Shown: in pieces, positions 28,325 through 45,828 of the stretch
How positions within the stretch are numbered: the stretch's first letter is position 1
Layout: every line of letters starts with the position of its first letter
From: a virus
Direction: 5' to 3' (one strand)
IMG/VR virus record: IMGVR_UViG_3300027797_000012
Span: 32,001-96,000 of that record
DNA length: 64,000 bases
Made by a program: the position numbers and the translations under genes
The notes under the pieces: model-generated
What the model saw: the letters and a program-made list of their open reading frames with translations, nothing else
The model's database searches: none
Told to the model about the DNA's origin: nothing

Positions 28325-29542
28325 GTGGCTTTTTCTGACAAGCTTGAAGATCTTTTATCTGCGCCAACCTCTTCTTTTGCAAGAAGAGCACGCCCAAGCT
28401 ACCCGTCTGGCTGGGAGCCAGGGGTTCTACATGGGGAAGATGGCGTTCTTACTGTAACCACAGATAGAATTCCAAAGATAGAAGATGAAGATTCTTGGAA
28501 GGCCGCTGTTGAGTCTTTAGGCGTTGCTGTCCCAGAAGGCTGGGTAGTTAGACCGTTTGAAGCGCGATACGACCCTGCTGTTTGGCACCGTGATGAAGAG
28601 GGCGCCGACGCAGTAACACGCCCCGTGTGGCGATATAAGTTCAAGATAGAGCAGGCTTACGCGTCGGATATTAACTTTGAAGAGCTAATAGAGCTAGTTT
28701 CTAAGCATAAGGCAAAGAAACCATCGGACGCAGAAATTGGTACACGGCAATGGGTTCTAGCAACTGGCGACTGGCAGCTTGGCAAGATAGACGGTGACGG
28801 AGTAGAGGGCACCGTAAAGCGTATCCTTGAGTCTACAGATCGCTCGATTGAACGTATTAAGGAATTAAAGCGTCTAAAGAAGTGGCCTGGTAACGCGGTG
28901 CTTCTTCTAACAGGCGACTGCGTTGAAGGTTTTGTTTCACAAGGTGGCGGAAATACATGGCGCACTAACTTGACTATGACAGAGCAAGTTAGACTTTACC
29001 GCCGCTTAGTTTTTGAGATAGTTACACGTTTAGCAGGAGAAACTGAGAATCTTCTTGTAGTTGCTGTACCTGGTAACCATGGCGAGACAGTTCGTTTGAT
29101 GGGTAAAATGTCTACTCGTATGGATGATTCATGGGATATTGACGCGGTAATCGCGGTAGCCGAGACACTACAGCAAAATAAGGCAGCCTACTCACATGTC
29201 AAGTTTGTTACTCCTTCAAAGGATGAAGGCACTATCGTATTAGACCTAGGCGGAACCATTACCGCTATCGCCCACGGTCACCAGGTCAAGGGTGGCAACG
29301 TCCCCAAGTGGGTTGCAGAGCACGCAAAGAATATGGCGCCAGTTGGAGACGCCCACTTAATTGTTACTGGTCATCATCATCATTTGCACATCCAAGCGAT
29401 GGGACCTCGCACTTGGATACAGGTTCCGGCAATGGAATCAGAGTCAACATGGTGGCGTGAAAAGACTGGAGAGGTATCTCCTCCAGGTATGGTAAGTATG
29501 CTTGTAGGCGCGAGAACTTGGTCTGATCTAGCAGTTTTATAG
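28325..29542 (+). CDS. calcineurin-like metallophosphoesterase
   Basis: GDWQ, GDCVEG, GNHG, AHGH, GHHH motifs. Confidence 0.85.
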   Translation: MAFSDKLEDLLSAPTSSFARRARPSYPSGWEPGVLHGEDGVLTVTTDRIPKIEDEDSWKAAVESLGVAVPEGWVVRPFEARYDPAVWHRDEEGADAVTRPVWRYKFKIEQAYASDINFEELIELVSKHKAKKPSDAEIGTRQWVLATGDWQLGKIDGDGVEGTVKRILESTDRSIERIKELKRLKKWPGNAVLLLTGDCVEGFVSQGGGNTWRTNLTMTEQVRLYRRLVFEIVTRLAGETENLLVVAVPGNHGETVRLMGKMSTRMDDSWDIDAVIAVAETLQQNKAAYSHVKFVTPSKDEGTIVLDLGGTITAIAHGHQVKGGNVPKWVAEHAKNMAPVGDAHLIVTGHHHHLHIQAMGPRTWIQVPAMESESTWWREKTGEVSPPGMVSMLVGARTWSDLAVL

Positions 29543-29667
29543 CAAATTACACTAATGTAACCAAGTAAATAGTATAAACTTTTGGTAATATCTACTTGTA
29601 GTCTGCTATAGGTAGCAGTGCGCTAGCTTGCACTCGTGCCGTGCAACAGCGAAAGAACGGAGCGTCT

Positions 29668-31740
<2,073 letters not shown>

Positions 31741-31752
31741 GAGACCTAAGAT

Positions 31753-33894
31753 ATGAAACCATTATCCGGTCGCTTTTCAGTATCTGCAGTAACTGAAACT
31801 GCAGCAGGTGTCTACAGTGTCACAGGCACGTTTAACGACGAGTCAGGTCTATACGGCCCTGGTGATATTGCAATTGGCCAACGCCTATATATGTACGAGA
31901 ATAATGAAGGCGCAATTCGTTATGAAGTAACAGGCATCACCAGCGTTGCGTCTAACCCTGTATCAATATCTGTTACCTGGGACGCTGCTGGAGACGCAAT
32001 CGAGGTGCCTGGAAGCACTGGTGTTCTTGTAGCTGTCACAGACAGTCTTACTCTGCCAGAGCACCCGTCGTTTAGTCAGCAGAATTTTGATGAGTCTTTA
32101 GCCGCAGGAATTATCGCGGAGACGTACCGCGAGCAGTTAGACTCGCTGACAAGTGGAAACACAGGAGCGCTTGGCGATTATGTTCCACTTACGCAAAAAG
32201 GAGCTAGCAACGGCGTAGCCGAGCTTGATGTAAATGCAAAGATCAAGGTAGCTCAACTTCCTGGTCTTGCGATAACTAATACGTACGCGGCTGCAAATCA
32301 AACTGCTATGCTTCAACTTGCAGTTGAGGTTGGAGATCTTGCTCTTCGCTCAGACGTAACAAAGACATTTGTTTTTGCAGTAGACGCATTAAGCGTAACA
32401 ACTAAAGCACTTACGTCTAACGTAGCAACAATTACTACCAGCAGTTCTCACGGGCTGTCTGTAAATGACACTGTTGTTATATCGGGTATTGACGCGGTGT
32501 TCAACGGCACATACACTGTTGCAAGTGTCCCTAGCGAAACAACATTTACATACGAAAAAACAAACACTAACGTAGCTTCAACTGCAGTTAGCCCGAATGG
32601 CTCATTAGTAAGCATTCATAACTGGCTAGAGCTTCTTAGCCCAAGTACATTAGGAGCAACCGGAGCAACCGGAGCAAATGGCGCTACAGGTGCGAATGGC
32701 GCAACCGGTGCGAATGGCGCTACAGGTGCAACCGGAGCAAGTTCAACTGTTGCAGGTAACACCGGTAACACCGGCGCACAAGGCGAAACTGGCGCAACCG
32801 GCGCAGTTGGCAACACAGGTGCGACCGGCGCAAATGGTAACACAGGCTTAACTGGTATCACAGGTGATACTGGTGCAGTTGGCTACACAGGTTACACTGG
32901 AGCAACAGGCGCGACTGGCTACACAGGTTACACTGGAGCAACAGGCGCGACTGGTAGCACAGGCGCACAAGGTAACACAGGTTTAACTGGTAACACAGGT
33001 GCAACTGGTGCAGTTCCTTTTACCTATCAAGGTCCATATAACTCTGCAAATGTGTATGTTCAAAATGACGCGGTAACTTATGGCGGCTCGCTATGGTTAC
33101 GCATTGTAGCTTATGCGCAGACAGACCCAGGCACAGATTACTCTTGGCAAGTTCTAGCTTCTAAAGGAGCAACAGGAGCTACCGGTGCAGGTGCGACTGG
33201 AGCAACAGGAGCGACTGGTCCTACTGGGACTTCAATAACAGCTTCTGACACCCAACCTACTGGAGCAATTAGTGAAGGCGCAGGCTGGTTTGATCCAGCA
33301 AGCGGAACTTTATATGTTTACTACGACGGCTTTTGGATAGAAGCGCTGAGCAGTACTAGCGTAGAGAATGGAGCAACAGGTGCAACAGGGGCGACTGGAC
33401 TTACAGGTAATACAGGAAGCACAGGAGCTAATGGCTCAACTGGAGCTAATGGCGATACCGGAGCTGTGGGAAACACTGGACCAACTGGTGCCAATGGATC
33501 TACAGGAGTAACTGGCCCGACGGGGTCAGCTTCTACCACAGGCTCGTGGACTGTTGCCACAGGCACTAACACCTACAATTTTGAAGTTCCAAGTGGCGGC
33601 ACGTACACCATGTGGGTCAAGGGAAATATACCTAATGGTATTCTAATTTGGAATGCTACAGTCAGTGTGACAAATACAAATGTCCCAGCAATAGGATATC
33701 AATATGCTTGGAACTATACGGGTGGTGGAAGTCCTATTTTACTAACTGCCATACCTAATCAGATTAAAGGAGTAGCAGGTACAATTAGTACAGACGCTAC
33801 ATACGCGGGTACAAGTAGTAATAGATTTGACTTTACAATTGCTAATACCAGCGGCGCATCGCAGACCATTTATTACGGGTATACTACTATTTAA
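31753..33894 (+). CDS. collagen-like fibre protein 2
   Basis: G-X-T tracts separated by small beta modules. Confidence 0.85.
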   Translation: MKPLSGRFSVSAVTETAAGVYSVTGTFNDESGLYGPGDIAIGQRLYMYENNEGAIRYEVTGITSVASNPVSISVTWDAAGDAIEVPGSTGVLVAVTDSLTLPEHPSFSQQNFDESLAAGIIAETYREQLDSLTSGNTGALGDYVPLTQKGASNGVAELDVNAKIKVAQLPGLAITNTYAAANQTAMLQLAVEVGDLALRSDVTKTFVFAVDALSVTTKALTSNVATITTSSSHGLSVNDTVVISGIDAVFNGTYTVASVPSETTFTYEKTNTNVASTAVSPNGSLVSIHNWLELLSPSTLGATGATGANGATGANGATGANGATGATGASSTVAGNTGNTGAQGETGATGAVGNTGATGANGNTGLTGITGDTGAVGYTGYTGATGATGYTGYTGATGATGSTGAQGNTGLTGNTGATGAVPFTYQGPYNSANVYVQNDAVTYGGSLWLRIVAYAQTDPGTDYSWQVLASKGATGATGAGATGATGATGPTGTSITASDTQPTGAISEGAGWFDPASGTLYVYYDGFWIEALSSTSVENGATGATGATGLTGNTGSTGANGSTGANGDTGAVGNTGPTGANGSTGVTGPTGSASTTGSWTVATGTNTYNFEVPSGGTYTMWVKGNIPNGILIWNATVSVTNTNVPAIGYQYAWNYTGGGSPILLTAIPNQIKGVAGTISTDATYAGTSSNRFDFTIANTSGASQTIYYGYTTI

Positions 33895-33921
33895 TAGCCA
33901 AGGCTATGAAGCAGCATAATT

Positions 33922-33950
33922 TAAGACACTAATAACATAAGACACTAATA
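33922..33950 (+). repeat. intergenic direct repeat TAAGACACTAATA x2
   Basis: 33922-33934 and 33938-33950, upstream of the fibre 3 promoter region. Confidence 0.6.
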
Positions 33951-34001
33951 CGTAATAAGTATAAGATACATCCTGGATCCCAATCGCAAAACTATAGTTA
34001 A

Positions 34002-37136
<3,135 letters not shown>

Positions 37137-37147
37137 GGCTAAATACT

Positions 37148-37196
37148 TAGCAAGAAAGCTGCCCGTCTTCCTACGAAGGCGGGCAGTTTTTGCTAG
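37148..37196 (+). terminator. intrinsic terminator
   Basis: CTGCCCGTCTTC-CTAC-GAAGGCGGGCAG-TTTTT. Confidence 0.85.
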
Positions 37197-37245
37197 ACAA
37201 TTAAGTAAAAAGCTGAATTTTATAGTATAGTATGCCTATACATTA

Positions 37246-38932
<1,687 letters not shown>

Positions 38933-38951
38933 GCAAAAGAAAAGGATAACC

Positions 38952-39287
38952 ATGGCAACATACGTTACAAAAGAACTAAAGGCTGTAACAGGGCTGACTA
39001 CTACCGCAGCGTCTTTGTACTCCGCGCCTGCGTCAACGACTACCCTAGTTAAGACTATCCTTCTTGCTAACTACACTGCAGTAGACAGGCTAGCGACTAT
39101 TCACGTAGTCCCAAGTGCTGGCTCTGTCGCAGGCGCAAACAAGGTATTTGGTGAGGTGCTAGTAGCAGCAAACACAACGACTACAATTGATACCGCCATA
39201 GTTATTCCTACAGGCGCTTCCATCCATGGGCTAGCATCTGCCAATAGCGCAATTAACATTCATATTTCAGGAGTAGAGATAGCCTAA
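38952..39287 (+). CDS. small beta-rich virion protein
   Basis: Ends HISGVEIA; AAGGA SD; coupled to the next gene. Confidence 0.7.
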   Translation: MATYVTKELKAVTGLTTTAASLYSAPASTTTLVKTILLANYTAVDRLATIHVVPSAGSVAGANKVFGEVLVAANTTTTIDTAIVIPTGASIHGLASANSAINIHISGVEIA

Positions 39288-41491
39288 TGCCTGTCTCATC
39301 GTCATCACCTATCGTAGTCGGAACCCGCGTAGGCGGTCTTTTCGCGTACGGCGAAGGTAGTGACGGCAACGTAACAATATCTACAAACACATCTTTAACT
39401 AGAGATATGTATTACAACAACTTAACAATCAACTCTGGAATAAACCTAGACCCTGCCGGGTATCGCGTATTTGTGAAAAACACCCTTACCTTTGTTGATA
39501 ACACTTCAAGTATTGCGCGTCTTACAAATACAACTGCCGTAGGCACGGTAGGCGGCGGAGCAACAGCCGGTAACAATGCGGTGAACTCCCTGGGCGGTAA
39601 CAGCGGTGATAAGACAGCAGCGCAGATATCAAGTGGAAAAGAATTTTTTTACAACATCACTAACCTAATCTCTGGTCTATACGTTGATGCTATCTCAAGC
39701 ACTGTTGCCGCAGTCTCAGGCGGCGCGGGCGGATCAACCGGTGCGGCAGGAGAAACGGGCGCGGCAGGAACTGCTAACGCAGGAAGCGCGGGCAGTGCAG
39801 GTAGTCACCCGACTAATGCCAACTCAGTAGGAGTTGCAGGCGGTAGAGGCGAAAGTGGCACTCCAGGAACTGCTGGAACAGGCGGTGCAGGCGGCGCGGG
39901 AGGTGCGGGTGGACCTGGTGGCGGAGTAGTAATTGTTCTTGCAAAAACAATTGTGGGCGCAGGTAAAATTTTAGTAAACGGTGTCGCCGGCTCTTCGGGA
40001 TCTGCAGGATCTCCTGGTAACGCAGGTACTTCTGGTTCAGCGGGCGCGTCTGCGCCAACTCTCTTTGTCGCTTCCACTCCCGCGTCTTACAATGCTCCAA
40101 CAAGTCCGATAGCTTCTTACGCCACTCCTACTTATACTTACACGGCTGGTACAGGCGCAACTAACAATAACAATGCGCCGACATATGGATTTACAGCTGG
40201 CGGAGGCGCGACGAATAATAACAATGCGCCTACCTATGGATTTACTGGTGGCACTGGTGCAACTAATAATAACAATGCACCTACCTACGGATTTACTGCT
40301 GGCTCAGGCTCAACTGTAAACGCTGCTACTTATACTTACACCGCGGGTTCAGGCGCAACTACAAACCCTAACAACGCGCCAACGTATACGTACACTGCTG
40401 GCAATGCAAACCCTAACAACGCGCCGACATACGGATTTACTGCTGGCTCAGGCTCAACTGTAAACGCTGCTACTTATACTTACACCGCGGGTTCAGGCGC
40501 AACTACAAACCCTAACAACGCGCCAACATACACGTTTACCGCTGGCACTGCAAACCCTAACAATGCGCCAACATACACGTTTAGTCCTGGTACGACAGGA
40601 TATAACGCTCCGTCATCTACGATGGAAGGGCCTGGAAGTCCTCTAAATACATACAACTCAGTAGCACCAAAAACTAGAAAATACAACGCGCCTACTTACT
40701 CGTACTCTCCAGGTAACGTATTTTACAATGCGGGTAGCTTCACATATTCTGCTGGCACAGGCTCAACTAATAACGCAGCTAGCTACACATATTCTGCTGG
40801 CTCAGGCTCAACTACAAACCCTAACAACGCGCCAAAGTATACGTACACTGCTGGCAATGCAAACCCTAACAACGCGCCAAAGTATACATATACCGCTGGC
40901 TCAGGCTCAACTGTAAACGCTGCTACTTATACTTACACCGCGGGTTCAGGCGCAACTACAAACCCTAACAACGCGCCAAAGTATACATATACCGCTGGCA
41001 CTGCAAACCCTAACAACGCGCCAACGTATACGTTTACCGCTGGCACGTACGCTAGCACAAACCCTAACAACGCGCCAACGTATACGTTTACCGCTGGCAC
41101 GTACGCTAGCACAAACCCTAACAACGCACCGACATACTCATTTACCGCTGGAACTTTTGCAACCGCAAACCCTAACAACGCACCAACATACACGTTTACC
41201 GCTGGCTCAGCTTCAACCTTTAATTTCTCCGCGGGCACAGCGTCTACGTACAACGCCTCTGCTACGTTCCCTGGAGGCGCGGGTGGCGCAGGAGGAACAG
41301 CAACCGCTGGTGCAACAGGGGCTACCGGTGCAAGTGGCTTTGTAGGCGGTGGAGGCGTTCTTTTCATCATGTCTACAAGCGGTCTTCCTGTTGGGTTTAC
41401 AACGAGCGCGGCAGCAGGTGCAAGTGGCGCGGCTGGTTCAGCAGGCGCAGGTACAGTAGTTATCGTTAACCATGAAGTTATTGCAGCGTAG
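39287..41491 (+). CDS. Gly-rich protein with inserted NNAPTY(T/G)(Y/F)TAG repeat array
   Basis: G.GSDG.VT...LTRDMYYNNLT N-domain; repeat array about 40080-41270. Confidence 0.85.
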   Translation: MPVSSSSPIVVGTRVGGLFAYGEGSDGNVTISTNTSLTRDMYYNNLTINSGINLDPAGYRVFVKNTLTFVDNTSSIARLTNTTAVGTVGGGATAGNNAVNSLGGNSGDKTAAQISSGKEFFYNITNLISGLYVDAISSTVAAVSGGAGGSTGAAGETGAAGTANAGSAGSAGSHPTNANSVGVAGGRGESGTPGTAGTGGAGGAGGAGGPGGGVVIVLAKTIVGAGKILVNGVAGSSGSAGSPGNAGTSGSAGASAPTLFVASTPASYNAPTSPIASYATPTYTYTAGTGATNNNNAPTYGFTAGGGATNNNNAPTYGFTGGTGATNNNNAPTYGFTAGSGSTVNAATYTYTAGSGATTNPNNAPTYTYTAGNANPNNAPTYGFTAGSGSTVNAATYTYTAGSGATTNPNNAPTYTFTAGTANPNNAPTYTFSPGTTGYNAPSSTMEGPGSPLNTYNSVAPKTRKYNAPTYSYSPGNVFYNAGSFTYSAGTGSTNNAASYTYSAGSGSTTNPNNAPKYTYTAGNANPNNAPKYTYTAGSGSTVNAATYTYTAGSGATTNPNNAPKYTYTAGTANPNNAPTYTFTAGTYASTNPNNAPTYTFTAGTYASTNPNNAPTYSFTAGTFATANPNNAPTYTFTAGSASTFNFSAGTASTYNASATFPGGAGGAGGTATAGATGATGASGFVGGGGVLFIMSTSGLPVGFTTSAAAGASGAAGSAGAGTVVIVNHEVIAA

Positions 41492-41504
41492 AGAGTAGAA
41501 AACA

Positions 41505-42179
41505 ATGGGAAAATACGGAGTAACATCAATAGGAGCTTCTACAGCTACCTCCTCTTTTGCCGCCGTTCCCGATGAGATCTACGGCTCAGGGTATGACGGG
41601 AACGTAACCGTCTCTGCTAACACAACTCTTACACGCGATATGTACTACAACAACTTAACTGTCGCAGATGGAATTCATCTTAACACCGCAGGATATAAGG
41701 TATTTGTTAGAAACTCTTTATCCTTCTCTACTAGCTCTGGGAACCAAGCTACTACAAGCATAGGGTTAAAGAACGGGTCTTCAGCGGTAGGAACACTTTC
41801 TAGCGGAGGTCTTGGATCTGTAACTAACTCGCTAGGCGGGGCAAGCGCCAGCTACACTGTTACTGCACCTTCTCCAGCCGAGTACTTTTCTTTAGCGCGA
41901 AACGCAGTAACTGGGTATATCTTGTCTGCCTCTCAAACAACTCCTCTATTCTTAAGAGGAGGAGCTGGGAATAATACGCAGTATGGCGGAGGCGTTGTTA
42001 TCCTTTGTGCGCGTAGGATCTCGGGGTACGGCACTGTCTACGCAACTGGGTACTCTAGCGGCTCGTATGTTACGGGCGGAGGCGTTGTTATTCTCGTATC
42101 TCAGGCTGCAAAAACTGCTAGTCTTTCTTTAGATGTTTCAGGCTATGCAAGTGGCACGACTAAGGAGTTTATAGTATAA
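41505..42179 (+). CDS. short paralogue of 39287..41491 lacking the repeat insert
   Basis: Shares DGNVT...LTRDMYYNNLT...AGY.VFV.N.L and GGGVVI. Confidence 0.85.
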   Translation: MGKYGVTSIGASTATSSFAAVPDEIYGSGYDGNVTVSANTTLTRDMYYNNLTVADGIHLNTAGYKVFVRNSLSFSTSSGNQATTSIGLKNGSSAVGTLSSGGLGSVTNSLGGASASYTVTAPSPAEYFSLARNAVTGYILSASQTTPLFLRGGAGNNTQYGGGVVILCARRISGYGTVYATGYSSGSYVTGGGVVILVSQAAKTASLSLDVSGYASGTTKEFIV

Positions 42180-42218
42180 TATATGTACTAGCACGCACTA
42201 GTACAAGGAGAACTATAG

Positions 42219-43448
42219 ATGTCGTACGGAATGATGAGAAATGCCGACAGGGCATTTACTAACGAAATGGAAAATGAATATAGATACGATTCTATATTTG
42301 ACACTAAAAAAGAAGCTAGAAATAGCAAAACTATATTTATTGCCATACCGTGCTACAGAGACGATGAACTTGTCCCAACCATTGAAAGCGCCCTATTAAA
42401 CGCTAAAAATCCTGAGCGCTTAGTTTTCGGCGTAGGGCTTATATATAAAGAAGAAGATGAAAAATACTGGGAAGTTTTTAAAGACAACAAACAAGTAAAG
42501 ATAAAGGCAAAAGAAGCTACTGCAAAGAACGTAGGACTTGGTAATCAAAGAGCGGATGCAAATGCGTTCTACAATAAAGAAGATTATTTCCTTCAGATAG
42601 ACTCCCACATGCGTTTTGATATGCATTGGGATGATTTGCTAATTCATCATTTAGAAAACATAAGAGCCCTTGGAGAAGAAAAACCACTTGTTACTGGTTA
42701 TCCTAGAGCGTACGCTCCTGATATCTACCCTTCAGTGGCTGAGCATTTTCCTTACTACAACCCTATGTCTAAGGAAATATATTTTAGACAACGAAGAGGC
42801 CACAATAACGTTCCCGTTTTTCGTGTAGGCCCAGGGCCAGCTCGATTCTTAAAGGACTACGGTTTTCCTCGCCATGGAGATAGAATTTTTACTATATTTG
42901 AGACGCTTGCCTTCTCGCAAACTCTCTCTCCTGCGCAGATATTTACTGATGGAGCGTACGTAACAGATGTGCCAGCAAATAGAAATATTAGATTTCTAGA
43001 AGAAGAGCAGTATTACTCTATTCTTTCATATATGAAGGGATACAATTTCTACGTTCCAAGGGTTACTGGTATTATGCATTACTACTCAGAAGCAGGCGGC
43101 TGGCAAAAGCTTATGGATAGACATCATCCAATTGAAGATTTCCCAGAAGACTACAATTACGAAGGGTATATCGGCGCTAAAGATGCAGGTGTAGAGATAT
43201 TTAATACACTTAAAAAAATAACAGGGACACCAAGATCGTTTTCTGACTACGAAAAGTTTGCGGGGGTAGATTACACTGCACGACGATTACTATCACCAGT
43301 TAATAAAATAATTCACAATAAAATAACAGAAGCAGTTAATTTTGCATCTGAAATTTACAGCTACTCAACTAATGACTACATAGACTGGATGTATGATGCA
43401 GAATACCTTTGGTATGATGACGTCAAAAATAATGAAAATCGTCAATAG
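42219..43448 (+). CDS. GlcNAc transferase, Skp1-hydroxyproline GlcNAc-T (GT60)-like
   Basis: IFIAIPCYRDDEL, A.NPERL.FG, YFLQIDSHMRF..HWD, EE. Confidence 0.8.
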   Translation: MSYGMMRNADRAFTNEMENEYRYDSIFDTKKEARNSKTIFIAIPCYRDDELVPTIESALLNAKNPERLVFGVGLIYKEEDEKYWEVFKDNKQVKIKAKEATAKNVGLGNQRADANAFYNKEDYFLQIDSHMRFDMHWDDLLIHHLENIRALGEEKPLVTGYPRAYAPDIYPSVAEHFPYYNPMSKEIYFRQRRGHNNVPVFRVGPGPARFLKDYGFPRHGDRIFTIFETLAFSQTLSPAQIFTDGAYVTDVPANRNIRFLEEEQYYSILSYMKGYNFYVPRVTGIMHYYSEAGGWQKLMDRHHPIEDFPEDYNYEGYIGAKDAGVEIFNTLKKITGTPRSFSDYEKFAGVDYTARRLLSPVNKIIHNKITEAVNFASEIYSYSTNDYIDWMYDAEYLWYDDVKNNENRQ

Positions 43449-44148
43449 AAATTCTAATACTATAGAATTTATATGCGAAGACGCAGATCTTGACTACTTC
43501 TCTAAGCCTTTGCCTTCAAGCAAAAATATACCAGAGTGGTATAAAAAGTTAACTACGCATATAGACAATAAAAAAACGTATAGCGATGGTCATGCAAACT
43601 CTACTGTAAAAAAATGCATGCCTGTGTTTGATGCTATGACTTCAGGCTACTTAATAACGTTCCCCTGCGATGTAGTTGTTACACGAAATCCTGACGGCTC
43701 TCCAGCGTTTAGTTGGCCTATTCAGTTTAAGATGGTAAATCAACACAGCTACGAACAAGCGTCAACTTTAAAAGTGCCTTCTGAGTACGGTCCTGAGTTT
43801 TTAAAGTGGTCAAATCCTTGGATCATAAAAATGCCTAAAGGTTGGAGTGTTCTTTTTGTTCAGCCTATGCATAGAGATGACTTGCCTTTTAGCATACTTC
43901 CAGGAATAGTTGATGCTGACGGGTTTAAACTTTCTGTTCAATTTCCATTTTTATTAAGAAAAGATTTTGTAGGCGTTATCCCAGCTGGAACGCCTATGGC
44001 CCAAATTATACCGATAAAGCGTTCTGATTGGGTAGCAGAGTACTCTTCAATTGAAAGAAGAGAGAGTCAAAAAAATTTAGAACATCATTCTATATATCTA
44101 GAAAATAGGTATAAGAGAACTTTTTGGAACAAGAAAAACTATAAATGA
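43432..44148 (+). CDS. DUF6065-like (dUTPase-fold-like) protein 1
   Basis: IPEWYK, KKCMPVFDAM..GY, PGIVD.D, IPAGTP.AQIIP. Confidence 0.65.
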   Translation: MKIVNRNSNTIEFICEDADLDYFSKPLPSSKNIPEWYKKLTTHIDNKKTYSDGHANSTVKKCMPVFDAMTSGYLITFPCDVVVTRNPDGSPAFSWPIQFKMVNQHSYEQASTLKVPSEYGPEFLKWSNPWIIKMPKGWSVLFVQPMHRDDLPFSILPGIVDADGFKLSVQFPFLLRKDFVGVIPAGTPMAQIIPIKRSDWVAEYSSIERRESQKNLEHHSIYLENRYKRTFWNKKNYK

Positions 44149-44876
44149 AAATAAAAAGGCTAACTATAAGTGTAGACAACTACGCTCAACATTTAGGAGA
44201 CTCTCATTTTCTCAATGAGTATCATCCAACTCCTGCTGAAGAAAATCTTCCTGACTGGTTCAAAAAACTAGAAAACGGCGCTCAACCAAGAACTGCAAAA
44301 ACTTGTAGAGGTCTGTACGATGTAATGACAGTTGGTTACATGGTAGTCTGGCCTTTTGATGTAACAATAACCAAAGATGAAAATGGAAAACTTTTTATAA
44401 AGAAAACGCGTGATGACGATAGAGGCTCTTTATGGCATCCGCATCCGCAATTCCAACTTGGGATGTATCCAGATGCAAATCTATCTGCGCAAAAACATGG
44501 TATTGATAAGGTAGGTTTACCTTACAAAGTAAAGACTCCAAAAGGCACAAGTATCATGATGGTCCAACCAGCGTATAGACCAGACTTAAAAACACAGGTT
44601 ATGCCGGGCATTATAGATACTGATAAATTCTATACTCCATTAAATGTTCTTTACACTATTAAAGATACTGATAGAGATATACATATCTCAGCTGGAACGC
44701 CGCTAGCGCAGATAATTCCATTTCTTCGCACGGAGTGGGAGATAGAGTACAATGCGGTAGATGAAAAGTTAGACCGAATTACCCAAGAAAATACAGACCA
44801 TATAGACAGATACTACCAAAAAAAGCTATGGACTAGAAAATTCTACAAAAGAAAAGTAAAGGACGAAAGAAAATGA
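44145..44876 (+). CDS. DUF6065-like protein 2 (paralogue)
   Basis: LPDWFK, KTC.G.YD...GY, PGIIDTD, AGTPLAQIIPF. Confidence 0.65.
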   Translation: MKIKRLTISVDNYAQHLGDSHFLNEYHPTPAEENLPDWFKKLENGAQPRTAKTCRGLYDVMTVGYMVVWPFDVTITKDENGKLFIKKTRDDDRGSLWHPHPQFQLGMYPDANLSAQKHGIDKVGLPYKVKTPKGTSIMMVQPAYRPDLKTQVMPGIIDTDKFYTPLNVLYTIKDTDRDIHISAGTPLAQIIPFLRTEWEIEYNAVDEKLDRITQENTDHIDRYYQKKLWTRKFYKRKVKDERK

Positions 44877-45478
44877 ATTACACACAACTTGCAGTAGGTG
44901 TTTATCAGTACGACTTTCCAGAAGATCTAGCGAAAAATCTTGTTGAAGTTGCTAGACAGGCAAATGACGCAGTCTGGAAAAAAAGTGGCATAGGTTCTGA
45001 TCAAAACTTGGATCAAGACTACAGAACTAGTCGAGGACTAGAAATGAGATCGGTGTTTCCTTTCTGGGACGATGAAGTGCGCAAATACACAGTTCCAGCA
45101 ATAAATCATTACTCTTCTGATTTTGAAGCTTCTATCTCTCAAGATGAAGGCTTTAATATGCTTCACTACAAAGTAACAAATAAATACGACTACCACTCTG
45201 ACTCAGACTGGACAACTTACCGAACCGTGTCAATTTTAGTCTACCTAAACCCTTCAGAATACGAAGGTGGAGAGACGCATTTTAAGAAGTTTGATATAAA
45301 GGTTAAACCAGAAAAACCAGCTATTGTAGTTTTTCCTTCTAATCACGCCTACCTGCATGCCTCCTTGCCAGTGACAGAAGGCGAAAAGTATATTCTTGTA
45401 AGCTGGATGAATGACATGCCGACTGGTTTCACGCCGTCTATAATGCACGCGCTTGCAGGCTTAACAGGGCGACTTTAA
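44873..45478 (+). CDS. 2OG-Fe(II) oxygenase, prolyl-4-hydroxylase-like
   Basis: YDYHSD (HxD), YLN...YEGGET.F, FPS...YLHA.LPV..G.KY. Confidence 0.9.
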   Translation: MNYTQLAVGVYQYDFPEDLAKNLVEVARQANDAVWKKSGIGSDQNLDQDYRTSRGLEMRSVFPFWDDEVRKYTVPAINHYSSDFEASISQDEGFNMLHYKVTNKYDYHSDSDWTTYRTVSILVYLNPSEYEGGETHFKKFDIKVKPEKPAIVVFPSNHAYLHASLPVTEGEKYILVSWMNDMPTGFTPSIMHALAGLTGRL

Positions 45479-45547
45479 AGCTCATAAGTAGACTTTGTTG
45501 ACTAGTGATATAGTTACCTTACGCACGTATCAAGTATTAGGAGAATC

Positions 45548-45820
45548 ATGTCTGAAGAAGTTACAGTTAAGAAGTACGCTATAGTTAACGCAGGAGTTGT
45601 TCTTTCAACCATTTACACAGAAGCAGGGTTTATGGAAATGCTCTCAGCCAACACTGTGGTTGATATTACCAACGAGCCTTCTGTTGCGGATATCTCTGAC
45701 GGTTACACATATGAAAACGGAGTTTTCTCTGCTCCTGTAGAGACTCCTGTAGAGACTCCTGTAGAGACTCCTGTAGAGACTCCTGTAGAGACTCCTGTAG
45801 AGACTCCTGTAGAGGGGTAA
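45548..45820 (+). CDS. small acidic protein with PVET tail
   Basis: AGGAG SD; GYTYENGVFSAP. Confidence 0.75.
   Translation: MSEEVTVKKYAIVNAGVVLSTIYTEAGFMEMLSANTVVDITNEPSVADISDGYTYENGVFSAPVETPVETPVETPVETPVETPVETPVEG
45734..45814 (+). repeat. perfect 12-nt tandem repeat CCTGTAGAGACT (6.75 copies)
   Basis: Read directly; encodes (PVET)n. Confidence 0.95.
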
Positions 45821-45828
45821 ATTTTGTA

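Noticed and set aside
40290-40960. Resemblance of TAGSGST / TxT repeats to ice-nucleation proteins
   Set aside because: No strict 8/16-residue period, and frequent Pro; similarity too superficial
40080-41270. CRISPR-like look of recurring AACCCTAACAACGCGCC units
   Set aside because: In-frame coding repeats with synonymous changes and non-unique spacers; the Cas4-like gene sits in a recombination operon and no cas1/cas2 is present
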